From Dicyema japonicum (Eukaryota > Animalia > Dicyemida), in NCBI GenBank assembly GCA_011109175.1, contig RDEW01000006.1:185989-249988 (forward strand): a stretch of DNA of 64,000 nucleotides. Reading direction: 5' to 3'. The translations under genes and the position numbers were made by a program. Positions 25,371 through 39,129 of the stretch are shown one piece after another. A model generated the notes under the pieces. The model did no database searches. It saw nothing but the letters and a program-made list of their open reading frames with translations, and had not been told where the DNA came from. Each line of letters starts with the position of its first letter. The first letter of the stretch is position 1.

Positions 25371-26379
25371 TGAGATCTCCATCGTTGTTGGGGGATTTAT
25401 GGGAGAATCTGATAATTGAACTACAATTAACTCTAGTAATTAAACTAACGATTTCGAACCAACAATGCTCATGTGACATTTTCACAACACAGATGATTCT
25501 CGTCGAAGTAACTCTAGTTTTTAAGGCAGACAGGATTATAATCCTAAACTTTTATTTGATTTGGAAGGAATGGCCTCGGGTTTCTTTATTCTACGGAATG
25601 ATGTTGTTTATTAATTTTGACTTCGTTTGATGTTTCTTTAGTTTGCTATTTAGTCCATTCGTGATAGAAGATATCAGTTATTTCTAGCATGAGGCGATAG
25701 AGGCATTTACGTAGTAAAACCACGTGGCCAACGCAACCATCATTTACTAATTATCATCAAAGGACCTAACAAATAATCAGTTCCATCTAAGGTCGTATTT
25801 ATGGATGACAACCTTTTGAGCAGGCGAATTTGAAGTCTGATTGTTAGTCTATCCGACTTTATTTTTAAACCTTAGTGTATCCAATGTCTCCCAAGTTTCT
25901 ACAATTCATTGTGATTCAGTGACGTAAAGTAACAATGTGATCATGGATGACTCTGTGGTTTTCCCTCATCGATTGATCTCTGGATATCATCTAATTGACA
26001 ACAAATTTTTCTTATAAGTCACGGATTGTCAAAAATATTTGAAAAACAAGGCTTCATCAACCGTAATTTGTGTGATTTGGTTGATAATTTAGAATTTACA
26101 AAATATTTAGTGAATTTGGCATTACATCGACGTGAGTAACGAGATCCGTGAAAGAGGCCTGATGGCCCTTAGTTCGAATCTTCTTGCTGTAAATTCCAGC
26201 TGCAAGTTCCACACATTTACTATGCTTTGGTTTGACAAGTGTCGTCTGCAAAAGGGCTCACACCCAACAAAAAGAAAAAAGAATTGAAAGGCATTCCTTG
26301 GTTCTCTCATCAATTAGTTATGATAACTGTTCTTTGCAGAAAGCACTAAATTTTGTATAAACACTCCTCGGATACTACA

Positions 26380-26950
26380 AAGGTTGCTTCTACTCAACAT
26401 TAAGCCATTTTTATATGCAATCAATTCAACGGAGCTAGTCAAAGTAGGTTTGTCTCTGAAAGATCAACTTCCGATGCCGTTTGAAGCCACAAATGGATGT
26501 GTGGTTCATGCCAAAAATATAGAGGAGTACCACATAATGTGTACGACACTTGGCCTTCCTTTTGGAACTGTGGAGGAATTTATCCGCCAGGTATCGGGAC
26601 TCTACAAGCAGTATGTCGAGCCAACAATAGGCTCTGCATGTGCTGCATGGGGATCTAACCTGTCGGCAACGAACCTAACAAAAATTCAAGAGATCCAGTC
26701 AAGAGCAATAAAATTACTGGAAAAATATACAAATAAAGAAATTGCCCCAGAGCACTCGAGTCTATCATAGAGGCAACTGGAGGCAATTTCAGAAGAGGAA
26801 AAGAAAAAGACCCCCGTCCGTATAGAAAATGCGTGGGAACACGGTCGGAGCATCGAGAAAAAATGGCCCGATTATTGAGAGATGCCGGGATCACTTGAAT
26901 ATTAGTTATTGGTTAAGACGGTGTTTCTTTGGCTTAAATAATAATAATAA
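26380..26950 (+). mobile_element. APE-type LINE 3' remnant
   Basis: YKQYVEPTIGSACAAWG..KIQEIQSRA; ccgggatcact; (TAA)n tail. Confidence 0.7.
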
Positions 26951-27039
26951 TAAGTACATATTTTTATTAAAATATTAATTATGAAACATATATCTAGTGA
27001 ATCTAACACATGATATCTTGGAAAAAATTAGGATCTACT

Positions 27040-27480
27040 GTACTACTGATAACAGATAATTGTCCTGACTGAAGAGAACGGACAAAAATCAAAAGATGTG
27101 CCGAACAATTCATTTTCAAAGATTTGAAACCCTACATTATAAAAAATGGTATAGAACTGAGATACTTTTATCTGGAAGAAGCAGAACTTAAAGAAGTTTT
27201 ATGTCATCCAATTTATTTTAGGCTCAACATAATCACTTTGGACGAGATAAATTATATAGTTTATTATCACTTTCCCTTTATGGTGCTACACGTAGAAAGT
27301 TAGTTATGTGGTCTCTAACTGTGTTTATTGTGGAGGTATCAAATATAGTGATTTTAGTCAAAACGATTGCTTGCAACTAAACCTGAAATTAGTCAATCAT
27401 TGCTTATGCTCCAATAGATCGGTACATCTTAGATCTTGTTGATTACGTCGATATTCCTCTCAAAATGAAAACTATTCTTG
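27040..27480 (+). mobile_element. Possible integrase remnant (Ginger/Gypsy-like)
   Basis: YHFP..VVSNCVYC (HHCC-like) and LDLVD across broken frames. Confidence 0.35.
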
Positions 27481-27489
27481 GGTAATTAG

Positions 27490-28480
27490 TAGGGCAACAT
27501 AATTATTGACCTAAAAAACTAAAGATTGACCTTAAAAAAGTCAATTTAATTGACTTTAAAATTTATAAAATTGACCTAAAAACTAAAATCGATTTTTTAA
27601 ATTAATCAATAAAGTAAATAACAAAATTAAAAATTGTTATAATGAGTTATTTACAATTAAGTAATATTTTACATTATCTGCCTTAAAATTCCTATCTTTT
27701 GTTAAGATCTTATTAAGAATCGAAAATGATCTTTCCACTGCACACGATGTTGCCTGACATTCTAGCAGTAAAGAATAGTCCACAGGTGAAATGAATTGAT
27801 TTTCCAAATTTATTATTTTTTTGATATCATTGAATTAATTCTTTTTTCAACATAATTTTTTATGGCACAAATGTCTTCTTTAAAATTCCATTGTTGTTAG
27901 AGTGAAATATGCTTTATTTATAGTAAAATTAGTAGATTTTATGTTATCAAGCACATGCAATAAAGGATGATATTGCGATATTATGTTTGTTAAATCTTCA
28001 TGCAGTTTATTATTTAATAAACATTCTTTTGCTCTTTTAATGAGTAAAGAATCTCCTGAGTAAAGAATCTCCTTCTAGGCCAGTGCATATTTCAATAACA
28101 TTTGGCAGATTTTTGGCATAATAAATAACAGCCTTAAGCCAGGTTCCCCATCTTGTTATAATTGGTTCTGGTGGATATCCAATATCTTTAAATAGTTGTC
28201 TGCGATAATTGTTTTTCACAACAAGTGCTTTAATAGAAGCAATCAGCTTGTCATTTGGGGATAAAAAACTTTAATTTTAAAAACACAATTGTTAATTAGA
28301 TGAGCGACACATGTGATGTGGTATAAATTGGAATATAATTGTTTAAGAGTAGCTCCTGCAGAAATAAATGGAGCAGCATCAGTAATGAAAAGAGAAAAAT
28401 TGTTTCTTTCAACATAAATTTTACGAATAATGTTGAATGATAATTGAAGAATTGGGAGATGAATCGATTTTTATACAATC
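27490..28480 (-). mobile_element. hAT transposase 3' half (CGGBP1/DUF659-like) with one terminus
   Basis: FITDAAP, HITCVAHL, PEPIITRWGTWL, SCAVERSFS; tagggc terminus with ttgacc subterminal repeats. Confidence 0.8.
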
Positions 28481-28529
28481 AATAAGAGAAGATCACGAAC
28501 TACTCTACCAACCATTCTACATCAAGACC

Positions 28530-28700
28530 TAACTTTATTTGGGAAAGGGGTGACGTCGGCAGATGATCTTGAGCACCTGAGGGACTTATCAAGGAACAGA
28601 GGGAACTGGAAGCGATTAACAAGACGTTTCCAGGAGAGGATGGCACAAGCGAGATAACTTTACTAACGTTGTTTCGCGGTGTGCTTATTAATAATAATAA
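28530..28700 (+). mobile_element. RTE 3' end with (TAA)n tail
   Basis: GVTSADDLEHLRDLSRNRGNWKRLT..*, followed by aataataataa. Confidence 0.65.
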
Positions 28701-29049
28701 TCGACTAATTAGTACGCTGGCCTCCTACAAGTTAGTGAGGCTGGGGTAACCTAAATAACAAATAGTTTGAGTTTGATAACTCTAAATATTTCAATGATTA
28801 AGTTGTTTCGCAATCACTGACCGTAAGCATAATAATAAATCTATCTTAATCAAAATTTATTAAAATTGTTTAATTTTGTGTTTTTTACTAATTATTTTCA
28901 ATAAGCGTCTCTAAGATTAACAAACGTTCCCAAATTATACATAAGTTTAATAGTTTTACGTTAAATTTTTAATCGGAAACGTTTTAACGGTAGATATGGA
29001 TGACCACTTCGAAACGCCTGAATACTTACAGTCCCATTATTGGATGCTT

Positions 29050-29530
29050 TTAATAGACAAAATACAAGGCTCCCCACTGTCACCATAGCTCTTCAACCTC
29101 TACATAAACGACACGCCACAAACCTACAATAAGAACTGTCCAGTCCTCTCAAAGGACAAAAGAATTCATTCAGCTACTCAGTCCGCCTAACAAATTCTTG
29201 ATAAGCTGGAACTGTGGCTCTCAAAGCGGAGACTTGACACATCAGCAACAAAGTCCTCTGTCACGCTGTTTACCACGCAAAAACAGCTCTATGTCGAATC
29301 TTAAATCCTTATGAAGAACGAGGCTTTTCCTATTAAAAAACACCGAGGATTCACTCTCAAAAATATCTACAATCATACAGAAAGTGTGAGCCGATGCCAT
29401 GTCCGATAAGAAGAGATTTACAGGATTCTCGACTCCGTTGGACTCGTCTTTTCCTTGTCGGTCTGGGATCTCTTAGTTAGAACATTTATTTCTTTCTCTT
29501 TGAACAGTGATCGTGAGGCAATAATAATAA
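29050..29530 (+). mobile_element. APE-type LINE 3' remnant
   Basis: Post-RT similarity; 3' UTR closely resembles 21427-21565; (TAA)n tail. Confidence 0.65.
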
Positions 29531-30000
29531 AAGACGAAGTCAACTGTGGACTAGAAGAGCTATATAATGATTACCGATTCATCCTCCTACTATCAGAATC
29601 TCACCACTATTTGCAGGGGTATTCACAAGAGTAATTATAGTTCAATCTCCAAATGTTATCGTGTGCATGACCGGATGATAGTCTCACGTGATGGAACTTA
29701 ATTGACAACAAAGCAGATAAAATTTAAGATGCCGATTTATCTTCAGTACGTTGCTTTTCTTTATAAGGGAACAAGATCAGAGTCGAGCGTGATGTTATAG
29801 TGTTTATACGCTGCTCGAGGAATAATCAGTTTTTGTGCGCTCTGAAGATTAACAATTTAGATAATCCAATGCCGTGTCGATATAATCAAATGTCCATTAA
29901 TCTAATTAGGTTACGGTTAATGAATAGCTTGAGGTTTGCTTTCTTAATTAAATTTATTAACTCCGCATATAATTTCGGGGTTAGCTATGTTCCCAGTCTA

Positions 30001-33000
30001 TTATTATTATTAAGGCACTATCACGAAAGCCATAATGATTATAACCCCGCATGTGCAACACTCAAAGAAACAATATTTATAGTTAGTCTTTCCATCTTCC
30101 TCTGTCGAATGCGAGTGATCTCAATTCGTCCAGGTCGTCTCCCGTCTTTAGATTTTTTTCTCACACGATTTAAGTCTTTGTTTAACGCTGTCGAAAATGT
30201 CGATCTACGTCGTCCGCGGAAGGATTTTTCGCAACTGTCAAAGTAATCTTCTATCGTTTTGTTAGCGGGTGCGTCCGGTTCATTCTTAGTACATGCCCAA
30301 AGAGCCTCCACCGGGCGTCTATCACATCCTTGCTGATGTAAGAACACATATACTTGTTGTAGATACCAGTGGTTGATATTCTACGAGGCCACTCAATTCC
30401 GAGTAAGCTTCTTAGTTGCCTTCTATGGAAACGAATCCAGTTTCAATAGTTCGTTGAAGGAACTTCCCCATGTCCCAACGTTATACAGTAGGATCGGTTT
30501 CACAAACGCGTTGTAAAGCCTGCATCTGATGTCAATCCAAGTCCTTTGGCCCTTAGCCATCCTTTCTCAGTTTATCCATTGCCGTATTTGCCTAGTGTTT
30601 TCCCCTTAGTATATCTTCAGCGTCTCCTATTAGAGAGCGAGCTTTTTAGTACGTCTCCATCTTTCATGAGTAATATCGTCTTTTTTTTTGATTTTCGTAA
30701 TTTCAATTTTGTTTAAATTTACGCTGAAAAACTATTTCTCAAGCATTTTCTAGCAGGTGTTGGAGTGCGGTCACATCCCGTGATACAAAATCCACATCAT
30801 CCGCATAAGATGTCTCTTCTATGTCTCCTATATAGCATTTACGGAGGTCGCGGAGTGCAGATTCAAGGTATATGGTGAATAGTAAAGGGAGAGGGAATCA
30901 CCCTGGGGTGTCCCAATCGTTGTTTTGAAACTGCGGGAAGTTGCTCCTTCTGTCCTCACAGATAGTCTTGTGTTCGCAAGTAGTAGTCTGATTATCCTAA
31001 CCGACGATTCATCCAATATTTGCTCAAGCACATTCATCAGTTTCTGTCTGTTTATTGAGTCGAAAGCTCTGGAGAGATCTATTCCCAACACGGTTGTTGC
31101 GCTCTTGAATCTTTGGTGCGTTGCGCAGCGCCATCTGTGGCTCCATACAATGTCTGCCGTAGACCTCCCTTCTCGGAACCCACTTTGACTTGCTGGTAGG
31201 TATAGATCGCCACACCCTTTATCCGGCTTAGTGCAATGTTTGCCAGCACCTTGCGTATCGAATTCAGAAGTATTATCGGGCGGAGATTTTCTACTGGTCC
31301 TTTTGATTTGTTCGGTTTTTGTATGGGTATTAATAATCCATTTCCAAGTCCTAGATCGGTATTAGTTTCAAAGACGTCATTTAGGGTTTTTGCAATTGTG
31401 TCGCTAAGTTTTTTTGGCCCATATTTTAGGAGCTCAGGGCTTATGTTGTCCGGCCCAGCACTCTTGTTGTTCTTCAGTTTATTTATCACTAATTCCACCT
31501 CTTCCACTGTGATTGGTATTTTTATCGCCTTTGCTTTCCTTGGAAAAAGGGAAAGTCATTATTTTCTTTATTCAACAGTGTTTCGAAGTGTCGTGCAATC
31601 AATTCTGCTTTTTCTTTCGGGTTACCCACGAATTTTCCATCTTTGTCTTTTCTTTGTCCACAGCAGCCGCAAAGCCGCATACATCCTTGAATTGTCTTTT
31701 AGGCATTCCACATCTTTTAATAGGGATGTAATAATTTCCCGTGAGTGTTTTCTGTTCATCTTTTTGATTTTCCACTTTAGTTCCCTTTGTTGGATATTAA
31801 GCTCTCTTTTTTTACTCTCGTCTGACGTGTTTGCCGCTTTTAGTCGTAGCTCTCTGCAATGCTTTGCCATATCTGGCACGTTCGGGTGGTGATCCAATTT
31901 TAGGGCGTGATGATTTAGGACTCCAAGGCATATTTTGGCCGACTTAGAGATTGGCTGTTTTGTTTGATCCCACAGAGTTCGTACTGATGATTCCGGTGCG
32001 GTTTTCACCATAAGAGTCTCGATTTGTTCGTAATATTTAGCTCTACAAGTTGGCTCTAACCACAATTTTTCTGTCTGAAAGTATATATTGGGCCTTTGTC
32101 TCGCCTTCTTCGCGTTTTCAATGTATTTTTTCCCAGTCAGGTGCTTTTTTACACAAAGTTTTGCAATGACGATCCTGTGGTCGCTGTCGGTTGTTGTTCC
32201 CTGGTAGGAAATCATCAGGTGTTTATCAGACTTTCGGCAGATAATGTAGTCGATTTGATTATATATATTCACGGTCTCTCCGACAGAGTTTTTTCTTTGT
32301 CCGTGCCACGTCGTCTTGTGGCAAGCTGAGTGCGTAAAGGCCGTGTTGCACAGGAAAAGGCTATTTGCCTCGCAGAAGTTTACCAGAGAGGCTCCAGATG
32401 CATTTCTCCTTCCGCGCCCGTGTCTTCCAATAGAGGATTCTTCGGGCCCCATTCGCATTCCGGCCTTTGCATTCATATCTCCCGCAACAAAGACAAGGGA
32501 CGAGGAAGCATTGTTAGAGTATGTGCTTGATAGTTCTGAGTAGAATTCCTCGAGCTCACCGGGGTTCTTGATTACTCATCCACAGTGTGATGCATAGACA
32601 TTTATGACGGTTAGTAGAATCTTGGACGGGCATAGTTCATTTAGTTTGACTTGTAGGACACATATTCGGTCGTTGACTCTCCAATAGCGATGTAATTTTT
32701 TGAGGTAATCCATGTGTAGGGCAAATCCCATGCCGTAGTGCTTGCATTCAGTTGGGAAAAAAATCAGTCGATAGTTGTTCCATGTCTCATCGCGTCCATT
32801 TTCGATTTTCGTCTCTTGTAGGCAGCCAATAGATATTTTGTATTTCTCGAGATCGTCACAAAATACTTTCCTTGTCCAATCTTTCGATATTCCACGTACG
32901 TTGAACGTCATTAGACTGAGTTCTCGATTGTATGATGAGTGTTTTTCAGACATTTTTCTTAACCGTTGTACAGAGAAGAAACGAACACGTCACCACTTCA

Positions 33001-33020
33001 CCAAAAATTATTTTTATAAA
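30001..33020 (-). mobile_element. Near full-length RTE-clade retrotransposon (APE + RT), inactivated
   Basis: TFNVRG, CLQETK, NQIDYI, SDHRIV; KSAGPDNI, LRPIILLN, GIDLSRAFDS, TPQGDSLS, YADD, FRGRRRST; (TAA)n tail at about 30001-30013; several frameshifts. Confidence 0.92.
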
Positions 33021-33049
33021 TAAGAATTATGTCTATAAATAAGAAAATA

Positions 33050-34084
33050 AGTAAAAAAAGGATAGAAGACGTCTTTTTTAACCTCAATGGACTGAGACTT
33101 TTGCCATTATATCAGATAATCTTCCAAAATATCTCCTTTGCACGAAACATTCAACTATAACAAATAGTCGAATCTGGAGAGACACTATAATTCAAAGTAT
33201 GGTTATTTTTCAAGAAAATATGCAATTGGCGATGCAAAAAAACTAGAACTCCAAAATATATTAAAATTGAAAGTTCAACACTTTGAAGGCAGTCTGCTAG
33301 GATTACTAATATTGTAAGCTTTATCGTCAGGCATGAGATTCAAAAATGCGAAATCCATTCACAGATGGTGAATACATCCTGTTTTCTATATTGTCACAAC
33401 AACTATTCTAAAATTTACGAATAAAACGAAGAAAATACATCGTTTTCCACAAGAACTTATAAGATAGTTTGCAATGTGACGATGCAGAATCATGTGACGT
33501 TAAGGATCCGACTCAGGTTTTTATAAAATTAATATTATATTAATTTCATGAACTTATATTAAGTTGTGTTTCTTTAGATTTGCTTAGAGAAGAACTTTTG
33601 ACATTATTGCCGCTACAGGGTCAAACCATCGAGAGGACAATGCCGATGTCATAGTCCAATATAACAAATCATATTCAATAAATAAGATCTTATCTAATTC
33701 AACCGACGGTGCCCAAAGCCTGATGGCATCGAGAAAGGGGTTGTCTCACTCTTGAAGAAAATTGACCATGACGTGATTACATTGCATTATCCGCCACGAA
33801 CATTTCCAGAAGGAATTTTAAGTTATGGAATTGGTTATGAAGATTACCAACTTTATTATATCAAAGGTAACAACATTCAATTTATCAAAGGGACCATCGA
33901 CTGTTTAAAGACACACATGAAATGGACAGTGAGTATCCAGTATAACAAAGTTCAAAGGAAATAAAGGCTCAATTATCTCATCATTAGATAAAACATAATT
34001 TTGTTATGTTTTAGTGGCTCTTCAATTTTTTAATTGTCAAAAAATAAAAAATGGCTCTTTGGCTTAAAATATTGCCCACCCCTG
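33050..34084 (+). mobile_element. hAT remnant (SPIN/GTF2IRD2-like)
   Basis: NLERHY, PFTDGEYI and STDGA motifs; terminal ttgcccacccctg (reverse complement CAGGGGTGGGCAA). Confidence 0.65.
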
Positions 34085-34560
34085 AAATAGGGCACAAATC
34101 CAATTGTAGGACCAGACCAGCATCTCCAGTAGAGCGTCCCCTCCTGAATCCGCTCTCCTTGGAGACAAAAATTTATTGACTTTAAGAGATTTTAGGTTGA
34201 AAACGATAAGAAGTAGTATCTTTCTTATTATTTTCAACAATATCACAGCTTCAGATTTCGCAATAGTCCTTTGCTCTATCCTAGATTTGTGCAAAGTGAT
34301 TAAAATCCATCTCCAGTTTCAAAATAGAATGTTTCAAAAAGGAGTTATTTTCTTACAAGACGACCAGTTCCACGGAGAAATATTTAACCATCTCTCATGT
34401 ATATTATCCATCAGCCCTGTTATCGATCAGTTTATTGATGCCAAGTACGTCTCATCAATTTCAATTAGTATTTTTAATTTCATTGGTGATTTCTCAATCG
34501 ATAAAGATACAACCTCCATTTGTGTTCAACTTTTACGAAAAGGGTATCAATAATCTCAGT
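34085..34560 (-). mobile_element. Decayed RT fragment
   Basis: ESGFRRGRSTGDA motif abutting the hAT terminus. Confidence 0.4.
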
Positions 34561-35900
34561 TTTTTTATTTAAAATATTATCTAATCATCATGGCTTCTGA
34601 GTGTAGCCAGACATCCAGGTTCTTGAGAAAAGACAGACTTTTTGCTTATCCCTTCAGTTGTCTCTACAGTAATTGTACGGAAATGAACCGGTCGAGGATC
34701 CCTTAGTATTTTTAATAACTCCAAATATATCTGAAAGATGTTCTACTTAGTTCCCAAAGTCCGAGTGGAACGCATCAATTCCAAGTATCGCGCCCATAAT
34801 CGCCAGCGTAAAAACTTTCTCACTCGTGTAGACACAAGAAAAAGATTCTTCTTCAGTGACAGGCACTGGGAATTCCTTGACTCTGGAAAATTCACTGAAG
34901 TTTTTAAAATTTGAAGAAGGTAAAGACAAAAAATACTTTGATGAAGTAAATAACAGTTCGGATAGAACTCACGTGGTATAATGTCTATAGACTTTAATTA
35001 AACTATAAATGGAAAGTTTTTTTAATTTTTTAATGGCTAACCTAAATTTGTCAAAAACTAATAAAATTATATAAAACAATGTACGCTGCGATTTTCTGTG
35101 TTTTATTTTAAAAGTCATTTCTTTTGATATGAAATGCAAATTAATAATTGTGGTACTAAAATATTAAAAATATAAACTTAGATGGAAGTACTATCGATGC
35201 CAGAATTATTATCAGTACGTATTATTCTACAGAAATATATCGAATGTATATAACTACCACATTAAATTTCACACCAAGTAATTTGTGAGTTTTATTAGAT
35301 TGACTACAACTTCTTGGAGAGGAAATTTGACTGTTATTCGTGAGCCAGTGTTCTTCCGATCAAGCTTTAAATAATGAGGGATATATATTTAATTTAACTG
35401 TGGGAGTTGTAATTTGATCAATGGGAACCCATATGTGATTACATTAAAAAAGAACATTTATTGGATAAAAAGCTGTTGTTTGTTTGAATAATTATAGAAT
35501 CCCTGCATGGACTTAAAATTTAAATTGGAGGATCTTGACGGTAATCATATCATTTGTGTTATTCCCGGTTGGGGTAATACTGGACTTTAGTTCTCGTATA
35601 TTCACTTTGGGGTTAAATTGGGTTTTGTGTTGACTAACTGACAATTTAATTTAAATTAAGGAAATTAGGATTTTTAATTGAGTATTTTATATAAGTCTCC
35701 ATAAAGCTTGAACTCTCCATTTCTCCTGTTTGAAGGACTCATACAAAATCTGCGACTCCCCCGCGATAACTTCTACTAAGCTTTAATTATTAAATAAATT
35801 TGACTGTGAAATTCAGAAATATTTGATAAAAATTTCCGCCTTTTTTTAAATTACAAAAATGTGCCACTGAGATATCTTCCTGAAAATCATTATAAGTGAC

Positions 35901-36259
35901 GTTCGCCCAGAAAAATCTTCACGAAAGTGCTACAAGGGCCTGTTCAGCATCCGTAAAGGCGGAGAAGGCCAAACTCGTTAAATACGCCGACCTTCCGATG
36001 ATGTCAAATTTGTTCCCCTTGCTATGGAGACTTCCGGATCCTACTCCCCCTCTACACTCGAGTTTTTCGGACGTCTTGGAAACCGGATCACCTCATGCAC
36101 TGGAGATCTCCGCGAACGCCGCTGGCTATTTGAGCGAATTTCGCTCGCAATTTTGAGAGGGAACAGCCACGCGGTGAGAGCGGCAACTACCTGACTTCTA
36201 TTGTTTAAATTAACCTTAAAAATATAAAAAAAAAAAAAAAAAAAAAAAAAGAAAAAAAA
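35901..36259 (+). mobile_element. 5'-truncated copy of the 14630-17553 CRE element
   Basis: Roughly 95% identical by eye to 17248-17545; long poly-A; TSD aagtgac (35894-35900, 36260-36266). Confidence 0.9.
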
Positions 36260-36550
36260 AAGTGACTTATTTAAAGACTAAAGAAAACCTTTATTTGAAT
36301 TAATTCTGTATTGTCCACAACTAACAAACTCTTTCCATTTTAACGATGATGATCTCACTGTCAAATGCTAGAAACACTCAAATGGATAATGTTAAAAATC
36401 ACCTAAGTATTCTGTCTGACTGTCTCCACCTGTCGAAGTATAATAGACCGATAGAAAAACAACACAGTCTTTCTAATCCCTAACTAACCTATTTCTTTTC
36501 CTGGACAAACCGAAAAAAACTACTGATAATCTGAATATTGATTTTGTTAT

Positions 36551-38487
36551 AATATCGAGTTTGAGAAAAAAACGTCATAAATGACCACAAAATAGATTTG
36601 TCAGTAAAGTCTCTTATCAGTATATCAATAATAATGTCAATTTCATGGAATTTTGCTCTTAGATATGTGGCGTGACTGATTTTAAAAATTTTGTGAACAC
36701 AAAAGTTTCCTTGGACAGTATAACTGATTCTTTTGTTATACTGTGAATTTCTTTTCGAACACCATCTTATCAGTTAGTTATATGTATAACGACTTTTTGA
36801 CTCATAAATTCAACTATTGACCTAATTGACTTTATGTAGAGTTTATGTTGTCTCAGGAAAGCTCATGCCTGGCCGTCGTCAGAAAAGGTTTTTTTCCTCC
36901 CCTACACTAGTGATGGTTTCTATAATTGTAGATATCGATAGATTGTTTGATAATGACACGTCTTACTCATATTGTGGAACAAGAAACCATATATTTATTC
37001 ATTAACCACAGGCTTATGATCTTTGTTAACCCAACACAAACAGTCGTGAATAATTTATCCAAGGAGAACGTCTTCTTGCGACGGTCAAATCTATCTGCTT
37101 GTGTTGAACAAAGCAAAACATTAATTTTTGATGATGAAGACTTAGCCAATTGTAGAAAGGGTATTGAGGTGTGTAAGGTTGAATAACCTCTTCTGAATCC
37201 ATTTAACGAGGATAAAAATGGAAGAGACGGGGTTTAAAACTAAGAATCAGTTTTTCCAATAATTTTCAGTGCAAAGTAAAGAGATTTGTCGAAATGATGC
37301 AGAATTGTTCTTAGGCTTCCCACTGTGATTGCATCAATTGCATGGGTCTATGGTGTTTTAGTATGATAACAGGGATCGAATTAGGCCCACATGAGAGGGA
37401 AGAATTCATCCTCTTCAAACCCTCACTGACATCTGAATGTGAGATAAAATTGATCGGCTGGATTCTCTTCCGTCTATTGAGGGTAAAGAAGGCCCGTCCA
37501 TTTTCCTGAAAGTTTTTTGGCTTATACTGGCGTAATATTTCATAAGTATGTTAAGACTGTGTTGAACCTTCTGCTGTTTTGTGTTGAAATTTCAATTTGG
37601 ACCGAATTGTTTAATTACTCTCCATACTGTCTGAGCGGATTTCTGAAATGGAAGGGACGATACTAGTTGCAATGTTAGTCGGCTTCAGCTCTTTAATCAT
37701 TTTTGATATTTCGTCATTGAGAGTTTTTGTTTGACTTTTTCTGTCCGAGAAAGGAAGGTACTGTGTTAAAGAACAGTTTTGATGGGAATAATGATTGTGG
37801 TCTGAAGATAATCCATAATGTACCGTATAAGATGTGTCCGGTGCATGGTTTTGAGAGCAGAAGGTAATGTCCGAAGACATTGATGAAGGAGTCCTATTGT
37901 GCTTCCTGGAGTTATTTAGGATAGTCAGAGAGGTGAGCTGGTTTATTAAAAACGACAATTATCTGCGGAAAACTATTGTTCTGAAGTGCGAGAAGAGGAT
38001 CAATGTATTAAAGTGTTTATCTGAAATATGGAAGACAGGTACCCACCCAGTCTTGGTGAACATTTATAAGCAATACATCGAACCATGCTTCTCGTACGCG
38101 TGTGCTTCGTGGGGACCTTCATTATCATGGACGAACACGAAGAAGATTGAGGACGTTCAAAAGAAGGCTTTCAGAATGACGGAGCGGTGGTCTTGTGGGA
38201 GACATAGAACCGGACCGACAACTTTGGAGGCCCTTATTAAACAAAACTCCGGCATGCGGGAAGGTGGCCCTGCAAATACAGTCAACCGCCCTGTACGAGC
38301 TTGTGTGGGTACGAGGGAGGAGCACCGGGAAAGAATGAGGATTTTGGCGGAGCGCATCGAAATCACGTGATAGTTAGTTTTGGTTTTACCGTGGTCTTGG
38401 GTGTTAAATAAATAAAAATAAATCAGAGAGTAAACTGATAAATCTACTTTGTGGTTATTTATGACGTTTTTTCTCAAACTCGATATT
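36551..38487. repeat. 63-bp inverted repeat pair (36551-36613 and 38425-38487)
   Basis: aatatcgagtttgagaaaaaaacgtcataaatgaccac... matches the reverse complement of ...gtggttatttatgacgttttttctcaaactcgatatt with a few mismatches. Confidence 0.75.
37611..38415. mobile_element. LINE fragments in opposite orientations (APE piece on -, 3' end on +)
   Basis: Minus: SSDITF..LSSDHN. Plus: YKQYIEPCFSYACASWG..IEIT*, then a TAAA tail. Confidence 0.7.
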
Positions 38488-39129
38488 AAAAAAATATCAA
38501 AATTTGAGAGTTCACAGTCTAATTTACTTGATAAATAAATGCTTAGTTGAAGTAATCACAGAGGGGATCGCCAAATTTGGAATAAGTCTTTCAAAAAGAG
38601 AAATAGAGGAGCTCAAGTTTTATTGTGGACCTATATAAAGTACTCCATTAACAGTCCTTATTTCCTTGAATTTAATTTAAAGTGTCAATTAATCAACAAA
38701 AACCAATTTAACCCCGAAAGTGAACTAATCCGAGTATTCCTGTCTCATCTCAACCAGAAAGGTGACACAAATGACGGTATTACCAAATTGATCCACGATT
38801 TTGAGTTTAATGTTCATGCAGGATTCTATAAATTTTCAAAAAACAGCCAGCAGTAAATTTGAAAAATAATCTCTAAGGAATTCAAACACACATATTCTTC
38901 CACTATTCAAAGACACTACAAAAATGATGTATTAGAACAGGTGGGTAGAAAACAGCGGCTCTTTCAGTTTATTATGTGACTCTTTCTTTTATGGGAAATG
39001 ATTACTTCATCTCCGAAGCATTTTTAATATAGTGTTTTTCCAAAATGTTTTTTATTTATCTTTTAAACTAAATGTAATATTTAGATGCTATTTTATATTA
39101 ATTTTTTAATTTTTTTAATAGTGCTTAAC

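Noticed and set aside
22880-26330. Weakly similar segments at about 22920 and 26230 resembling Gypsy RT (KKELKAFLGSLIN)
   Set aside because: Too short and decayed; no LTR, PBS or other pol motifs.
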